Of a stretch of DNA of 64,000 bases, positions 37,542 to 46,561 are shown one piece after another. Every line of letters begins with the position of its first letter. The first letter of the stretch is position 1. A program made the translations under genes and the position numbers. The stretch lies in contig CAVXGR010000011.1 of the NCBI GenBank assembly GCA_963761335.1, positions 1 through 64,000 on the forward strand, given 5' to 3'. This DNA is from an uncultured delta proteobacterium. GTDB taxonomy: Bacteria; Desulfobacterota; Binatia; HRBIN30; BPIQ01. Under the pieces are notes generated by a model, which did no database searches, was not told where the DNA came from, and was given only the letters and a program-made list of their open reading frames with translations.

Positions 37542-39443
37542 ATGTGTTCACTGTGGACTCGCGCGCCACTGACCTCGCCGGCGTTTGCGCCGTTGCCGCC
37601 GGGGCGCGTGCGGGCGCGCGGCTGGTTGCTCGAGCAGCTGCGACTTTCGGCGGACGGCCTGACGGGTCGCCTGATGGAGCACTGGGACGATGTCGGCCCG
37701 CAGAGTGGCTGGCTGGGTGGACCGGGGGAGAATTGGGAACGCGGGCCGTACTACGTGCGCGGGCTGGTGGCGCTCGCCCACACCCTCGGCGACCCCGCCC
37801 TGATCGCCCGGGCCCAGCCGTGGATCGAATGGTCCCTGGGCCACCCGCAGAGCGATGGCTTCTTCGGGCCCGCCGACAACGACGACTGGTGGCCGCGCAT
37901 GCCGATGCTCGAGGCGCTGCGCTGGCATCACGAAGCCACCGGCGACGCGCGCGTTCTGCCCCTCATGCAGGGCTACTTCGCGCACCAACGCCGCGCCCTG
38001 CCGGCGCGCCCCCTCGATTCATGGGGGAAGCCGCGCGGCGGCGACAACCTCCACTCGGTGCTGTGGCTCTTCGAGCGCACCGGCGAGGCCGCGCTGCTCG
38101 ATCTCGCCGACCTGCTCCTGGCCCAGACGAGCGATTGGACGGGGGAGTTCACCAGCGGCGAGGCACCGAGTACGGCCTTCGACTTCGCCCACGGCGTCAA
38201 CCGCGCCATGGGTTTCAAGCAGCCGGCGCTGCGCTGGTGGCGCAGCGGCGAGCGCCGCAGCCTCGAAGCCGTACGCGTGGGCTGGGAGCAGACACTGCGC
38301 TGGCATGGGCAGATCCAGGGCACCTATTCCGGCGACGAGTTCCTCCACGGAACGGGGTCGACCCAGGGCACCGAGCTGTGCACCGTGGTCGAGCTGCTCT
38401 CCAGCTTCGAGACCGCTCTGCTCATGAGCGGCGAACCCTGGGTGGCGGACGCCATCGAGCGCCTGGCCTTCAACGCCTTGCCCGCCATGCTCTCGGCCGA
38501 TCACCGCGCGCACCAGTACTTTCAGCTCCCCAACCAGATCGAATGCACCCCGGGAGCGCGTCACTTCAACGTGCCGCACGGCACCGACCTGCTCTTCGGT
38601 CTGCTCAGCGGCTATCCCTGCTGCGCCGCCAACCTGCACATGGGGTGGCCGCGCCTCACCAACCATCTCTGGCTGGCGACGCCGGATGGCGGCCTGGCCG
38701 CCGCCATCCTGGCGCCCTGCGAGGTCGCCGCCGAGGTTGCCGGCAGGCGGCTGACGATCATCGAGGACACCACCTACCCCTTCGGCGAGGAAGTCCACTT
38801 CATCATCCGCTGCGCCGAGCCGATCGAGCTCCCATTGCACCTGCGCCTACCGGCCTGGGCCGAACCGGGCGCCGAGCTGGCCGTGAACGGGGCCATCGAA
38901 AAGGGTGCGGTGCGCCGCAACCCGGGTGCCGAGACGCCGACACCTGGGCGGGATGGTCGCTTCGTGCGCATCCATCGCCGCTGGCGCGACGGCGATACGA
39001 TCGCACTGCGGCTGCCGATGACGGTCCGCTGCTCGCGCTGGGAGCGGGGATCCATCGGCATCGAGCGCGGCCCGCTGGTCTATGCCTTGCGCATCGACGA
39101 GGACTGGCGTCGTGTCGGCGGCAGCGAGCCCTTCTGTGACTACGAAGTGCACCCGAGGACGCCGTGGAACTACGGCCTGCGCCTGGACCCGGACCTGCCT
39201 GAAGCGGCGGTGCGGATCGAGCGCGTGGCGCCGGCGGCACAGCCGTGGGCGCAGGACGGCGCCGGCGTGCGCCTGCAGGTTCCGGCCCAGCGCCTTCCCG
39301 AGTGGCAAGCCGAAGCTGGCGTCAGCGGACCCATCCCAGACGCCGGACTGGCGCCGGCCACGGCGGCGGAGAACGTGACCCTGATCCCGTTCGGCTGCGC
39401 CCGGCTGCGGATTGCGATGTTTCCGCTCGTGGATGGAGGGTAG
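37542..39443 (+). CDS. Glycoside hydrolase family 127-like (beta-L-arabinofuranosidase-like) protein
   Basis: V..RGWLLEQL..GLTG, WERGPYY, HGVN, TELCTVVE, ERLAFNALP, YPCCAAN, RGPLVY; start uncertain. Confidence 0.8.
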   Translation: MCSLWTRAPLTSPAFAPLPPGRVRARGWLLEQLRLSADGLTGRLMEHWDDVGPQSGWLGGPGENWERGPYYVRGLVALAHTLGDPALIARAQPWIEWSLGHPQSDGFFGPADNDDWWPRMPMLEALRWHHEATGDARVLPLMQGYFAHQRRALPARPLDSWGKPRGGDNLHSVLWLFERTGEAALLDLADLLLAQTSDWTGEFTSGEAPSTAFDFAHGVNRAMGFKQPALRWWRSGERRSLEAVRVGWEQTLRWHGQIQGTYSGDEFLHGTGSTQGTELCTVVELLSSFETALLMSGEPWVADAIERLAFNALPAMLSADHRAHQYFQLPNQIECTPGARHFNVPHGTDLLFGLLSGYPCCAANLHMGWPRLTNHLWLATPDGGLAAAILAPCEVAAEVAGRRLTIIEDTTYPFGEEVHFIIRCAEPIELPLHLRLPAWAEPGAELAVNGAIEKGAVRRNPGAETPTPGRDGRFVRIHRRWRDGDTIALRLPMTVRCSRWERGSIGIERGPLVYALRIDEDWRRVGGSEPFCDYEVHPRTPWNYGLRLDPDLPEAAVRIERVAPAAQPWAQDGAGVRLQVPAQRLPEWQAEAGVSGPIPDAGLAPATAAENVTLIPFGCARLRIAMFPLVDGG

Positions 39444-39657
39444 CCGAGCGGGAATCGTTCGGCGACGAGTACACGCGGACCGGCGTCCGCTACGCCCGCG
39501 GCCGACCGATAGAAGTCGTCGGCGCTCAGGCGCTCGTGGGAAGCCCGCTGAGGACGACGGCTGCGGCATGAACCCGACCGTTCACGTCCTTTGTCCGTCC
39601 GTGGTTCCGCATCGCGCTGTGTGGTAACCTCCCGCGGCTCCAGGGAGGCCGCTGGGA

Positions 39658-41949
39658 ATGCACATACCGAGATCGTCGAGCTCTCGTCGGGGCGCAGGGA
39701 AGGGCTTTCGCTGGCGCCCGGCCCGGGGTTTCGCCTCCGCCGTCGTCCTGGGGGCGGCGCTCTGCACCGCGCCGCCGACAGCGGTGGCTCAGATCATCGA
39801 AATCATCGATTCCGGCGGCGACGGTGTCGCCGCCCTGGCCGACGCTCGGGGTGTCGCCGTGGATGCGAGCGGCAACGTTTTCGTCACCGGAGCCGTGAGC
39901 GATAATGTGTTCCGACTCGCGCCGGACTTCGGGGTCACGCAGATCATCAGTGCCACCGGCGACGGAACCCATCCCCTCGACAGTCCTCAGGGCGTGGTTG
40001 TGGACGGGGGCGGCAACGTTTTCGTCACCGGAGGCGAGAGCGACAATGTCTTCCGGATCACGCCGGAGGGCATGATCACGCAGATCATCGATGCCATCGG
40101 CGACGGGAGCTATGCCCTCAACAATCCTCAGGCCATAGCCGTCGACGGAGACGGCAACGTCTTCGTGGCAGGCTTCCTCAACGACAATGTCTTCCGGATC
40201 ACGCCGGAGAACGTGATCACGCAGATCATCGGTGCCGCCGGGGACGGGACCCATCCGCTCGATGCGCCGATCGGCCTGGCCGCGGACGGAAGCGGTGACA
40301 TCTTCGTGGCCGGTTTCGACAGCGATAACGTGTTCGAGATCACGCCCGGGGGTGTCATCACGCAAATCATCGGTGCCGCCGGCGACGGGACCCATCCGCT
40401 CGACGGACCGATTGGCTTGGCCGTGAACGCAAGCGGTGACGCCTTCGTGACCGGCGTGACCAGCAACAACGCCTTCAAGGTCGCCGCGGCTGGCACGATC
40501 ACGCAGATCATCGACGCCACCGGCGACGGGACCCACCCGCTCGACCCCGCATGGGGAGTGGCCTTGGACCGGAGCGGCAACGTCTTCGTGGGGGGCCGAC
40601 TCAGCGACAACGTGTTCAAGATCACGCCGGGTGGCGCGATCTCGCAGATCATCGATGCCACCGGCGACGGCGTCGGCGGCACGCTGGATTTCCCGGCTGA
40701 CATGGTCGTGGACGGGAACGACGTGGTGGTCGCCGGTCGCGCCAGCGACAACGCCTTCCGCATCGTGGGCGTTGCGGGTCCCGTCAGCGTGATCATCGAT
40801 GCCAGCGGCGACGGCACCAACCCGCTGGGCGGTGCGAATGGTGTGGCGGTGGACAAAGATCGGAACGTCTTCGTCGGCGGCGAAGGCACCGACAACATTT
40901 TCAAAATCGCGCCCAGGGGGAAGATCACGCGGATCATCGACGCCACCGGCGACGGGACCAATGACTTCGCCGGCCCCGCGGGCCTGGCCGTGGACCGAGA
41001 CGGGAACGTGTTCGTGGCGGGCGCCGACAGCGAGAACGTCTTCAAGATCACGCCGGGCGGAACGATCGCCCAGATCATCGATGCCAGCGGCGACGGGACC
41101 CATCTCCTCGGCAATCCTCAGGGCGTAGCTCTGGACGGAAGCGGCAACGTCTTCGTGGCCGGCCGATTCAGCGACAACGTGTTCCGGATCACGCCGGGGG
41201 GCGCGATCACCGAAATCATCGACGTGAGCGGCGACGGCGCCGGACACGCCCTCTCGGGTGCTGAGGGCCTGGTCGTTGATAAAATGGGGAGCGTCTTCGT
41301 GACGGGCCGGGACAGCGACAACGCGTTCATGATCACGCCGGAGGGCACGATCTCGCAGATCATCGACGCGAGCGGCGACGGCACCGCCGCGCTGGATCTT
41401 CCGAGAGGTGTGGCCGTCGATGCGAATGACAACGTCTATGTGTCCGGTGGAAACAGCAACAACGTTTTCAAGATCGCGGTCAAGGTCGGGCCGCACCTGG
41501 CGGACCTCGCGATCACCGAGATCATCGATGCCGGCGGCAACGGCGTCGGCGACGTCCTCGACGGCGCCCTGGGCTTGGCCGTGGACGGCGGCGGCAGCGT
41601 TTTCGTCGCGGGACAGCTCAGCAACAATGTCTTCCAGATCCGGCCGGACGGATCGATCGCGGTGCTCATCGATGCCCTCGACCGCCCGCTCGCCAGCCCG
41701 GCATTCGTCGCCGTGGACGGGGCGGATGTCCTCGTCACGGGTCTGAGCAGCAACAATGCCTTCCGGATCGCGGGCGTCGCAGAAGCGTTCGCGCGCGGGG
41801 ACGTCAACCGCGACGGCCTGGTGGACGAGCAGGATCTGCCGGCCCTGGTCGGAGAGATCTTCCGGCCCGAGCCTGTGTCCGCGGCGGACGTCAACAGGGA
41901 TACGGGAGTGGGTGCGGCCGACCTGACCGTGCTCGTGGGCCTTCTGTAG
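39658..41949 (+). CDS. Secreted NHL/SBBP-like repeat beta-propeller protein with C-terminal dockerin-like domain
   Basis: 14 repeats of ~47 aa (ITQIIDAxGDG..L..PxGxAVD.xGNVFVxG..SDNVF.ITPxG); tail GDVNRDGLVDEQDL..ADVNRDTGVGAADL. Confidence 0.85.
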   Translation: MHIPRSSSSRRGAGKGFRWRPARGFASAVVLGAALCTAPPTAVAQIIEIIDSGGDGVAALADARGVAVDASGNVFVTGAVSDNVFRLAPDFGVTQIISATGDGTHPLDSPQGVVVDGGGNVFVTGGESDNVFRITPEGMITQIIDAIGDGSYALNNPQAIAVDGDGNVFVAGFLNDNVFRITPENVITQIIGAAGDGTHPLDAPIGLAADGSGDIFVAGFDSDNVFEITPGGVITQIIGAAGDGTHPLDGPIGLAVNASGDAFVTGVTSNNAFKVAAAGTITQIIDATGDGTHPLDPAWGVALDRSGNVFVGGRLSDNVFKITPGGAISQIIDATGDGVGGTLDFPADMVVDGNDVVVAGRASDNAFRIVGVAGPVSVIIDASGDGTNPLGGANGVAVDKDRNVFVGGEGTDNIFKIAPRGKITRIIDATGDGTNDFAGPAGLAVDRDGNVFVAGADSENVFKITPGGTIAQIIDASGDGTHLLGNPQGVALDGSGNVFVAGRFSDNVFRITPGGAITEIIDVSGDGAGHALSGAEGLVVDKMGSVFVTGRDSDNAFMITPEGTISQIIDASGDGTAALDLPRGVAVDANDNVYVSGGNSNNVFKIAVKVGPHLADLAITEIIDAGGNGVGDVLDGALGLAVDGGGSVFVAGQLSNNVFQIRPDGSIAVLIDALDRPLASPAFVAVDGADVLVTGLSSNNAFRIAGVAEAFARGDVNRDGLVDEQDLPALVGEIFRPEPVSAADVNRDTGVGAADLTVLVGLL

Positions 41950-42004
41950 GTTGATCTCGGGCTGAAGAAACGCACGAAGTTCGAGATGGATCGGTATACG
42001 CGCC

Positions 42005-42170
42005 TGCGCCTCGCCAAAACTCCATCCGCCGCGGTTACTCCCCTTGCCATCGCCGACGTGCGTTCGCATCCTGCCGGAATGCTTCTGCGGGCTGCTCGAT
42101 CACGCGATCGAGCAGCTCGCGCGGGCAGGTGCCGATCGAGCGCTCTGCGACGCCGTTCTGTCGCGCGGGC
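42005..42170. mobile_element. IS481-like family A left end (+) joined to an inverted transposase core fragment (-)
   Basis: TGCGCCTCGCCAAAACTCCATCCGC...ATG at 42079; the minus strand reads QNGVAERSIGTCPRELLDRV; the junction is the hairpin GCTGCTCGATC-ACGC-GATCGAGCAGC. Confidence 0.7.
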
Positions 42171-42470
42171 AGCTGGCGTCGCCATGGGCGCGTCGCATCG
42201 AGCGGGCCAGCACAATTCACGCTGCTTTGATTCGGCGGCACCTCGGTCGGCCTTGTGGCCCATCTGCCGCATCATTCTTCGCCCGATGGCGCCAGTGGCC
42301 GGCCCAAGGCGACTTGGATCAGCGCCACGCGTAGGCTCAGCTCCGTGAGAACAGGCAGACGATGCAATACACCCACGTCGGAAGCACCGTCGCCCAATAG
42401 TGCGCAGGACTACTACGACGATGTTTCCGGTAAGATTCGGCGCCGGCCTCGATCTTGTCAGGCCGATCCG

Positions 42471-43634
42471 ATGACCATCAACCCAGAGGAGCTCGAGGCT
42501 TTGGCGGGCGATGCCTGGGCGATCACCCCCGAGCTCTACCGTTGGATCCGAGATCGCTTCGAGCCGAATCGGCGACTTCTCGTGTTCGGCAACGGGCGGG
42601 GAACCAGGATTCTCGCCAAGCACTACCGGGTCGTCTGCGTCGAGCACGATCCAGCGTTCATGGACTCGGAGGGCTACGAGGCTCTGCTGTCGGCACCTCT
42701 CGTCGACGGCATCTACGATACAAGTGTCTTGCGGAGTCTCGAGGAGCGCGGCCCCTTTGATCTGGTCGTCATCGACGGCCCTCCCGGACACGTCTGCGAT
42801 CGGGGTCTTCTGGTCGAGCATTTTGCATCCTTCTGGCGACGGGGCACGCGGGTCGCCATCGACGATACGAATCGTCTGCGCGAAGCTCGGCTGGTGGAGA
42901 TGGTGAGATCTCGGTTCCCGTGCATGTCCGAAACCGTCACATCCCGCGACAGAGAGACCGTGGTCCTATGGCCGTGCAACCACTTCCTCAATGAGATCGC
43001 CGACAGCACGGTGGTCATCAGCCTCCGGTCGCGGCCCGACAGGCGCCGGCACATCGGCGCGCACTTCGCCGATCTGGGCATTCGCTTTCGCTATCTCGAC
43101 GCGATCCGGCCGGCGCCCGACGATGTGTCGTGGAGTGAGATGCGGTACATGGAGGCCTACGGATTCTTGGAAAACCTGAGGAACGACTACATCCTCGGCG
43201 CCGTCGGCTGTAAACGGTCCGCGATCGCCGCGCTCGAAGAGTTCGTCGATTCCTCGGAGACGACCCGACTGATCGTCCAGGACGATTGCGTGTGGCAGCC
43301 CGAGGCCGAGGCCCTCATCCGTCGAGCCTGGCGAGAGCTGCCGGACGACTGGGACATGCTGTATTTTTCCGCCAGCAACCGGCAACCGCCGTCTCCCGTC
43401 AGCGCGCATCTGACCCGCCTGCGCGGCGCCAGGCATTGCACCGCGATTCTGTTTCGAAAGCGGCGTGCCCGAGAGCTTCTCGACGGCCTGAGGAGGTGCT
43501 CGACGGAGCTCGACGTCTACATGGAGAAGGCCCATCGAGAGCTCAACGCCTACTGCGTCACGCCGATGGTTGCGCGGCAGGTGATCAACCGCAGCGACAT
43601 CGTCGGCGGAGTGATCAACCAAGCCCCGGGATGA
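42471..43634 (+). CDS. Fusion of SAM methyltransferase-like domain and glycosyltransferase family 25-like domain
   Basis: N-half has FGNGRGT, VEHD, VIDGPPG and IDDTNR; C-half has VISLRSRPDRR, GAVGC, IVQDD, DWDMLY and ELDVY. Confidence 0.7.
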   Translation: MTINPEELEALAGDAWAITPELYRWIRDRFEPNRRLLVFGNGRGTRILAKHYRVVCVEHDPAFMDSEGYEALLSAPLVDGIYDTSVLRSLEERGPFDLVVIDGPPGHVCDRGLLVEHFASFWRRGTRVAIDDTNRLREARLVEMVRSRFPCMSETVTSRDRETVVLWPCNHFLNEIADSTVVISLRSRPDRRRHIGAHFADLGIRFRYLDAIRPAPDDVSWSEMRYMEAYGFLENLRNDYILGAVGCKRSAIAALEEFVDSSETTRLIVQDDCVWQPEAEALIRRAWRELPDDWDMLYFSASNRQPPSPVSAHLTRLRGARHCTAILFRKRRARELLDGLRRCSTELDVYMEKAHRELNAYCVTPMVARQVINRSDIVGGVINQAPG

Positions 43635-43811
43635 GAGCTCGATTCGCGACGGCTTCTTCTCATCGCTCCCGACTTTCTTCGCGGATTTCAACGAAACGGC
43701 ACGACCTCCGAGCGCGGATCAAACTTCGCCTCGGCGATGGACGAGCCCCTCCCACTTGCGCGGCACTGGCGCCCCTGCTTCAAGCGGCGCCAAAACAAGA
43801 GAGGATTCATC

Positions 43812-45077
43812 ATGAGGCCATTGGCCGTGAGCGCAGTCGCGTTGATGGTCGCCGTGTCGGCTGGCTGCGGCGGCAGCGGCGTCGAGGTGGAGATACTCAG
43901 CTCCCCTACCCCGCAGCTCACCCATCCGAGCAGCCCCACCTCCACTCCGGCACCCGGGGCGCCGACGCCGACCTCCGGTTCCGCAGCCCCGACCGACACC
44001 CAGGAGCCGACCGCGACTGCGACCGCGGTGCCGTCCAAATCACTGATCTTCGTCAGCGCCGCCGGCAGCGATATCAATCTCGGGACCGCCGCCTCGCCCC
44101 TGGCCTCGATCAGCAAGGCGGCGCAGCTCGCCGAGAACGGCGCCATCATCGTGGTGGCACCGGGAACCTACTTCGAGTCGGTCACCACCCACCGCTCGGG
44201 CGGCACCCCTCAGGACCTGACCTTCATCGCCGACACCAGCGGCGAGCTCTCCGGCGTACCCGCAGGCAACGTGGTCCTCAGCGTCCCCGAGGCCACACCC
44301 GCACCCGGACAGACGCCGGCGCCGGTGGTCGGCTTCAGCCTGCGCGATTCGCCGGGCACGGCCATCGACGGGTTCCATATCACCGGAGCCACCGGCGGCG
44401 GCGTGGTCGTGAACAACAGCCCGGGGGCGCGGGTGCAGAACTGCGTCCTCTTCGGCAACAGCGGAGCGAACGGCGACGGCATTCGTCTGCAGAACGTCTC
44501 CGGGGTTCTGCTGTTCAACAACCTGATCTACCTGAACTCGAATGCCGGCATTTCGATCGTCGGCAATCCCGGCTCCCCCGACACGCGCGCGATCAACAAT
44601 ACCCTGTACCGCAACAGCAGCCGCGGGGTGACCGTGGGCACGACCTCGGCGGCATCGACCGGGGCCTTTCTGCGCAACAATATCCTCCTGGGCAACGCCG
44701 ACGGCTCGAGCGCCCCGCTCAATATCAAGGTCACCGCCATTACCGATCCGCCGAGCACCATGGGGTACTCCGGCGACTTCGACCTGGTGCTGCCGGCCAG
44801 CTATTCACCGGCGGACATCGCCGGCGCCGACGACATCAACAGCGATCCGATGCTGGTCTCGGCAGATGCCGAGCCGCCGGACGTGCATCTCGCAGAGGGC
44901 AGCCCGGCGCGCGATGCGGGCAGCAGCGACCTCGGAGACAACCGGCTGGTGCAGTGCCTGCACGCTTGGAGCACTGCGATTGGAGGCGGCGCCGATGACG
45001 GCGCCGTCGATCTCGGCTACCACTATCCCGCCGGGGATCTCAGGCAGCTTCACTGCGGCGTGAAGCTGCCCGAGTGA
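43812..45077 (+). CDS. Lipoprotein with PT linker and DUF1565-like / right-handed beta-helix domain
   Basis: GAGGA RBS; lipobox SAGC; FVS..GSD.N.GT..SPLASISKA, VAPGTY, NNLIY/NNTLY/NNIL, HL..GSPARDAG, DLGYHY. Confidence 0.8.
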   Translation: MRPLAVSAVALMVAVSAGCGGSGVEVEILSSPTPQLTHPSSPTSTPAPGAPTPTSGSAAPTDTQEPTATATAVPSKSLIFVSAAGSDINLGTAASPLASISKAAQLAENGAIIVVAPGTYFESVTTHRSGGTPQDLTFIADTSGELSGVPAGNVVLSVPEATPAPGQTPAPVVGFSLRDSPGTAIDGFHITGATGGGVVVNNSPGARVQNCVLFGNSGANGDGIRLQNVSGVLLFNNLIYLNSNAGISIVGNPGSPDTRAINNTLYRNSSRGVTVGTTSAASTGAFLRNNILLGNADGSSAPLNIKVTAITDPPSTMGYSGDFDLVLPASYSPADIAGADDINSDPMLVSADAEPPDVHLAEGSPARDAGSSDLGDNRLVQCLHAWSTAIGGGADDGAVDLGYHYPAGDLRQLHCGVKLPE

Positions 45078-45265
45078 GTCGAGTCGCGCAAGCCGCGAGA
45101 CAATCACAGCGCCGGCCTGTCGTCTCGGCGCCAGAGAACGGTGGTCGGGCCGATCACACTGCCATGAAGCGAGGTTGCTGTCGGAGAACGCGCCTCAGGC
45201 CTACTTGAAGCCCGCGCAGATCGGCGCAGAATCAATCTGAAAATACGACTTCAGAGGAGGCATTC

Positions 45266-46297
45266 ATGGCAACGACAAGCGCGGTTGCGGCAATGAAGGT
45301 GGCGCAGATTCCCAAGGCGGGAGCAGACTTCCAGATCGTCGAGCGCGAGATTCCTCAGCCAGGTGCGGGGCAGGTCCGGATCAAGGTGCAGGCCTGTGGT
45401 GTCTGCCACAGCGACGTGCTCACGAAAGAGGGCTCTTGGCCCGGAATTCAGTATCCCCGCGTCCCGGGACATGAAGTGGCGGGCGTCATCGACGAACTGG
45501 GCGCCGGTGTTTCCGCGTGGAAAATGGGGCAACGCGTCGGTGTCGGCTGGCACGGTGGTCAGGACAACACGTGCGTCCCGTGTCGGCGCGGAGACTTTCG
45601 CAATTGCCGGAATCTCAAGATTCCGGGCATCAGCTATGATGGCGGATACCAGGAGTACATGCTGGCTCCCGTGGAGGCGCTGGCGGCGATACCGGACAGT
45701 CTCAGTGCCGCCGAAGCGGCACCGCTTCTCTGCGCCGGAATCACCACCTACAATGCGCTGCGGCACAGCCGCGCGTTCCCCGGCGACCTGGTTGCCATTC
45801 TGGGCATCGGCGGTCTGGGCCACCTCGGAATTCAATTCGCAAACAAGTTTGGCCACAAGGTCGTGGCGATCGGGCGCGGGGCCGAAAAGGCGGCGCTCGC
45901 CAAGAAGCTCGGAGCGAGCGCGTACATCGACAGCAAGTCGACGAACGCCGCAGCGGCGTTGCAAGAGCTGGGTGGCGCGCAGGTAATTCTGGCGACAGCC
46001 CCAAGCTCGAAAGCGATGGCTGAGTTGATCGACGGCCTGGGGCCGAACGGCACGCTCATGGTGATCGGTGTGACCTTTGATCCGATTGAGGTTGCGCCGG
46101 TACAGCTCATTTCCGGAAGTCGAACGATTCAAGGCTGGGCCGCGGGAACACCAGCCGACTCCGAGGATACCCTGCGCTTCGCCGAATTGACCGGCGTGCG
46201 TTCCATGACTGAAACATATCCGCTCGAAAAAGCTGCCGAGGCCTATGCGCGAATGCTGAGCGGCAAGGCGCAGTTCCGCGTCGTCCTGACGATGTGA
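45266..46297 (+). CDS. Zinc-dependent alcohol dehydrogenase
   Basis: CGVCHSD, GHE, LCAGITTY, GIGGLGHLG, FRVVL; GAGGAGG RBS. Confidence 0.93.
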   Translation: MATTSAVAAMKVAQIPKAGADFQIVEREIPQPGAGQVRIKVQACGVCHSDVLTKEGSWPGIQYPRVPGHEVAGVIDELGAGVSAWKMGQRVGVGWHGGQDNTCVPCRRGDFRNCRNLKIPGISYDGGYQEYMLAPVEALAAIPDSLSAAEAAPLLCAGITTYNALRHSRAFPGDLVAILGIGGLGHLGIQFANKFGHKVVAIGRGAEKAALAKKLGASAYIDSKSTNAAAALQELGGAQVILATAPSSKAMAELIDGLGPNGTLMVIGVTFDPIEVAPVQLISGSRTIQGWAAGTPADSEDTLRFAELTGVRSMTETYPLEKAAEAYARMLSGKAQFRVVLTM

Positions 46298-46561
46298 AAT
46301 CATTCCGGCCGACTCAATCGCGCCCGCTCGCTTGCGCCTTCGAGCAAACGACCGGGCTCGAGATCACGACTTCGGCAATCGCCGAGCCGTGCCAAAATCT
46401 CCGCGCGGCACGGCCTCAAAGCGATTCCACCAGTGGCTCGCCGGCGTTGGCCGAACGCGGCAACGATTCTCGTTGACAGGGACTCGTCGCCCGCACTAGG
46501 TAGATAACGTCACCAGAAAATAGTCGCAGCACCCACCCAGAAACTTTCGGAGGAGAATCTG

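Noticed and set aside
39790..41780. Regular ~141-bp DNA periodicity resembling an array
   Set aside because: These are in-frame protein repeats with synonymous variation, not CRISPR repeat-spacer units.
8902..42170. Integron cassette array explaining the gene mosaic
   Set aside because: No integron integrase and no convincing attC sites; genes face both directions and the junction repeats are IS ends.
46473..46506. TTGACA sigma70 promoter upstream of 46562
   Set aside because: The -35 is perfect but there is no convincing -10 at 16-18 nt spacing, so it is left uncalled.
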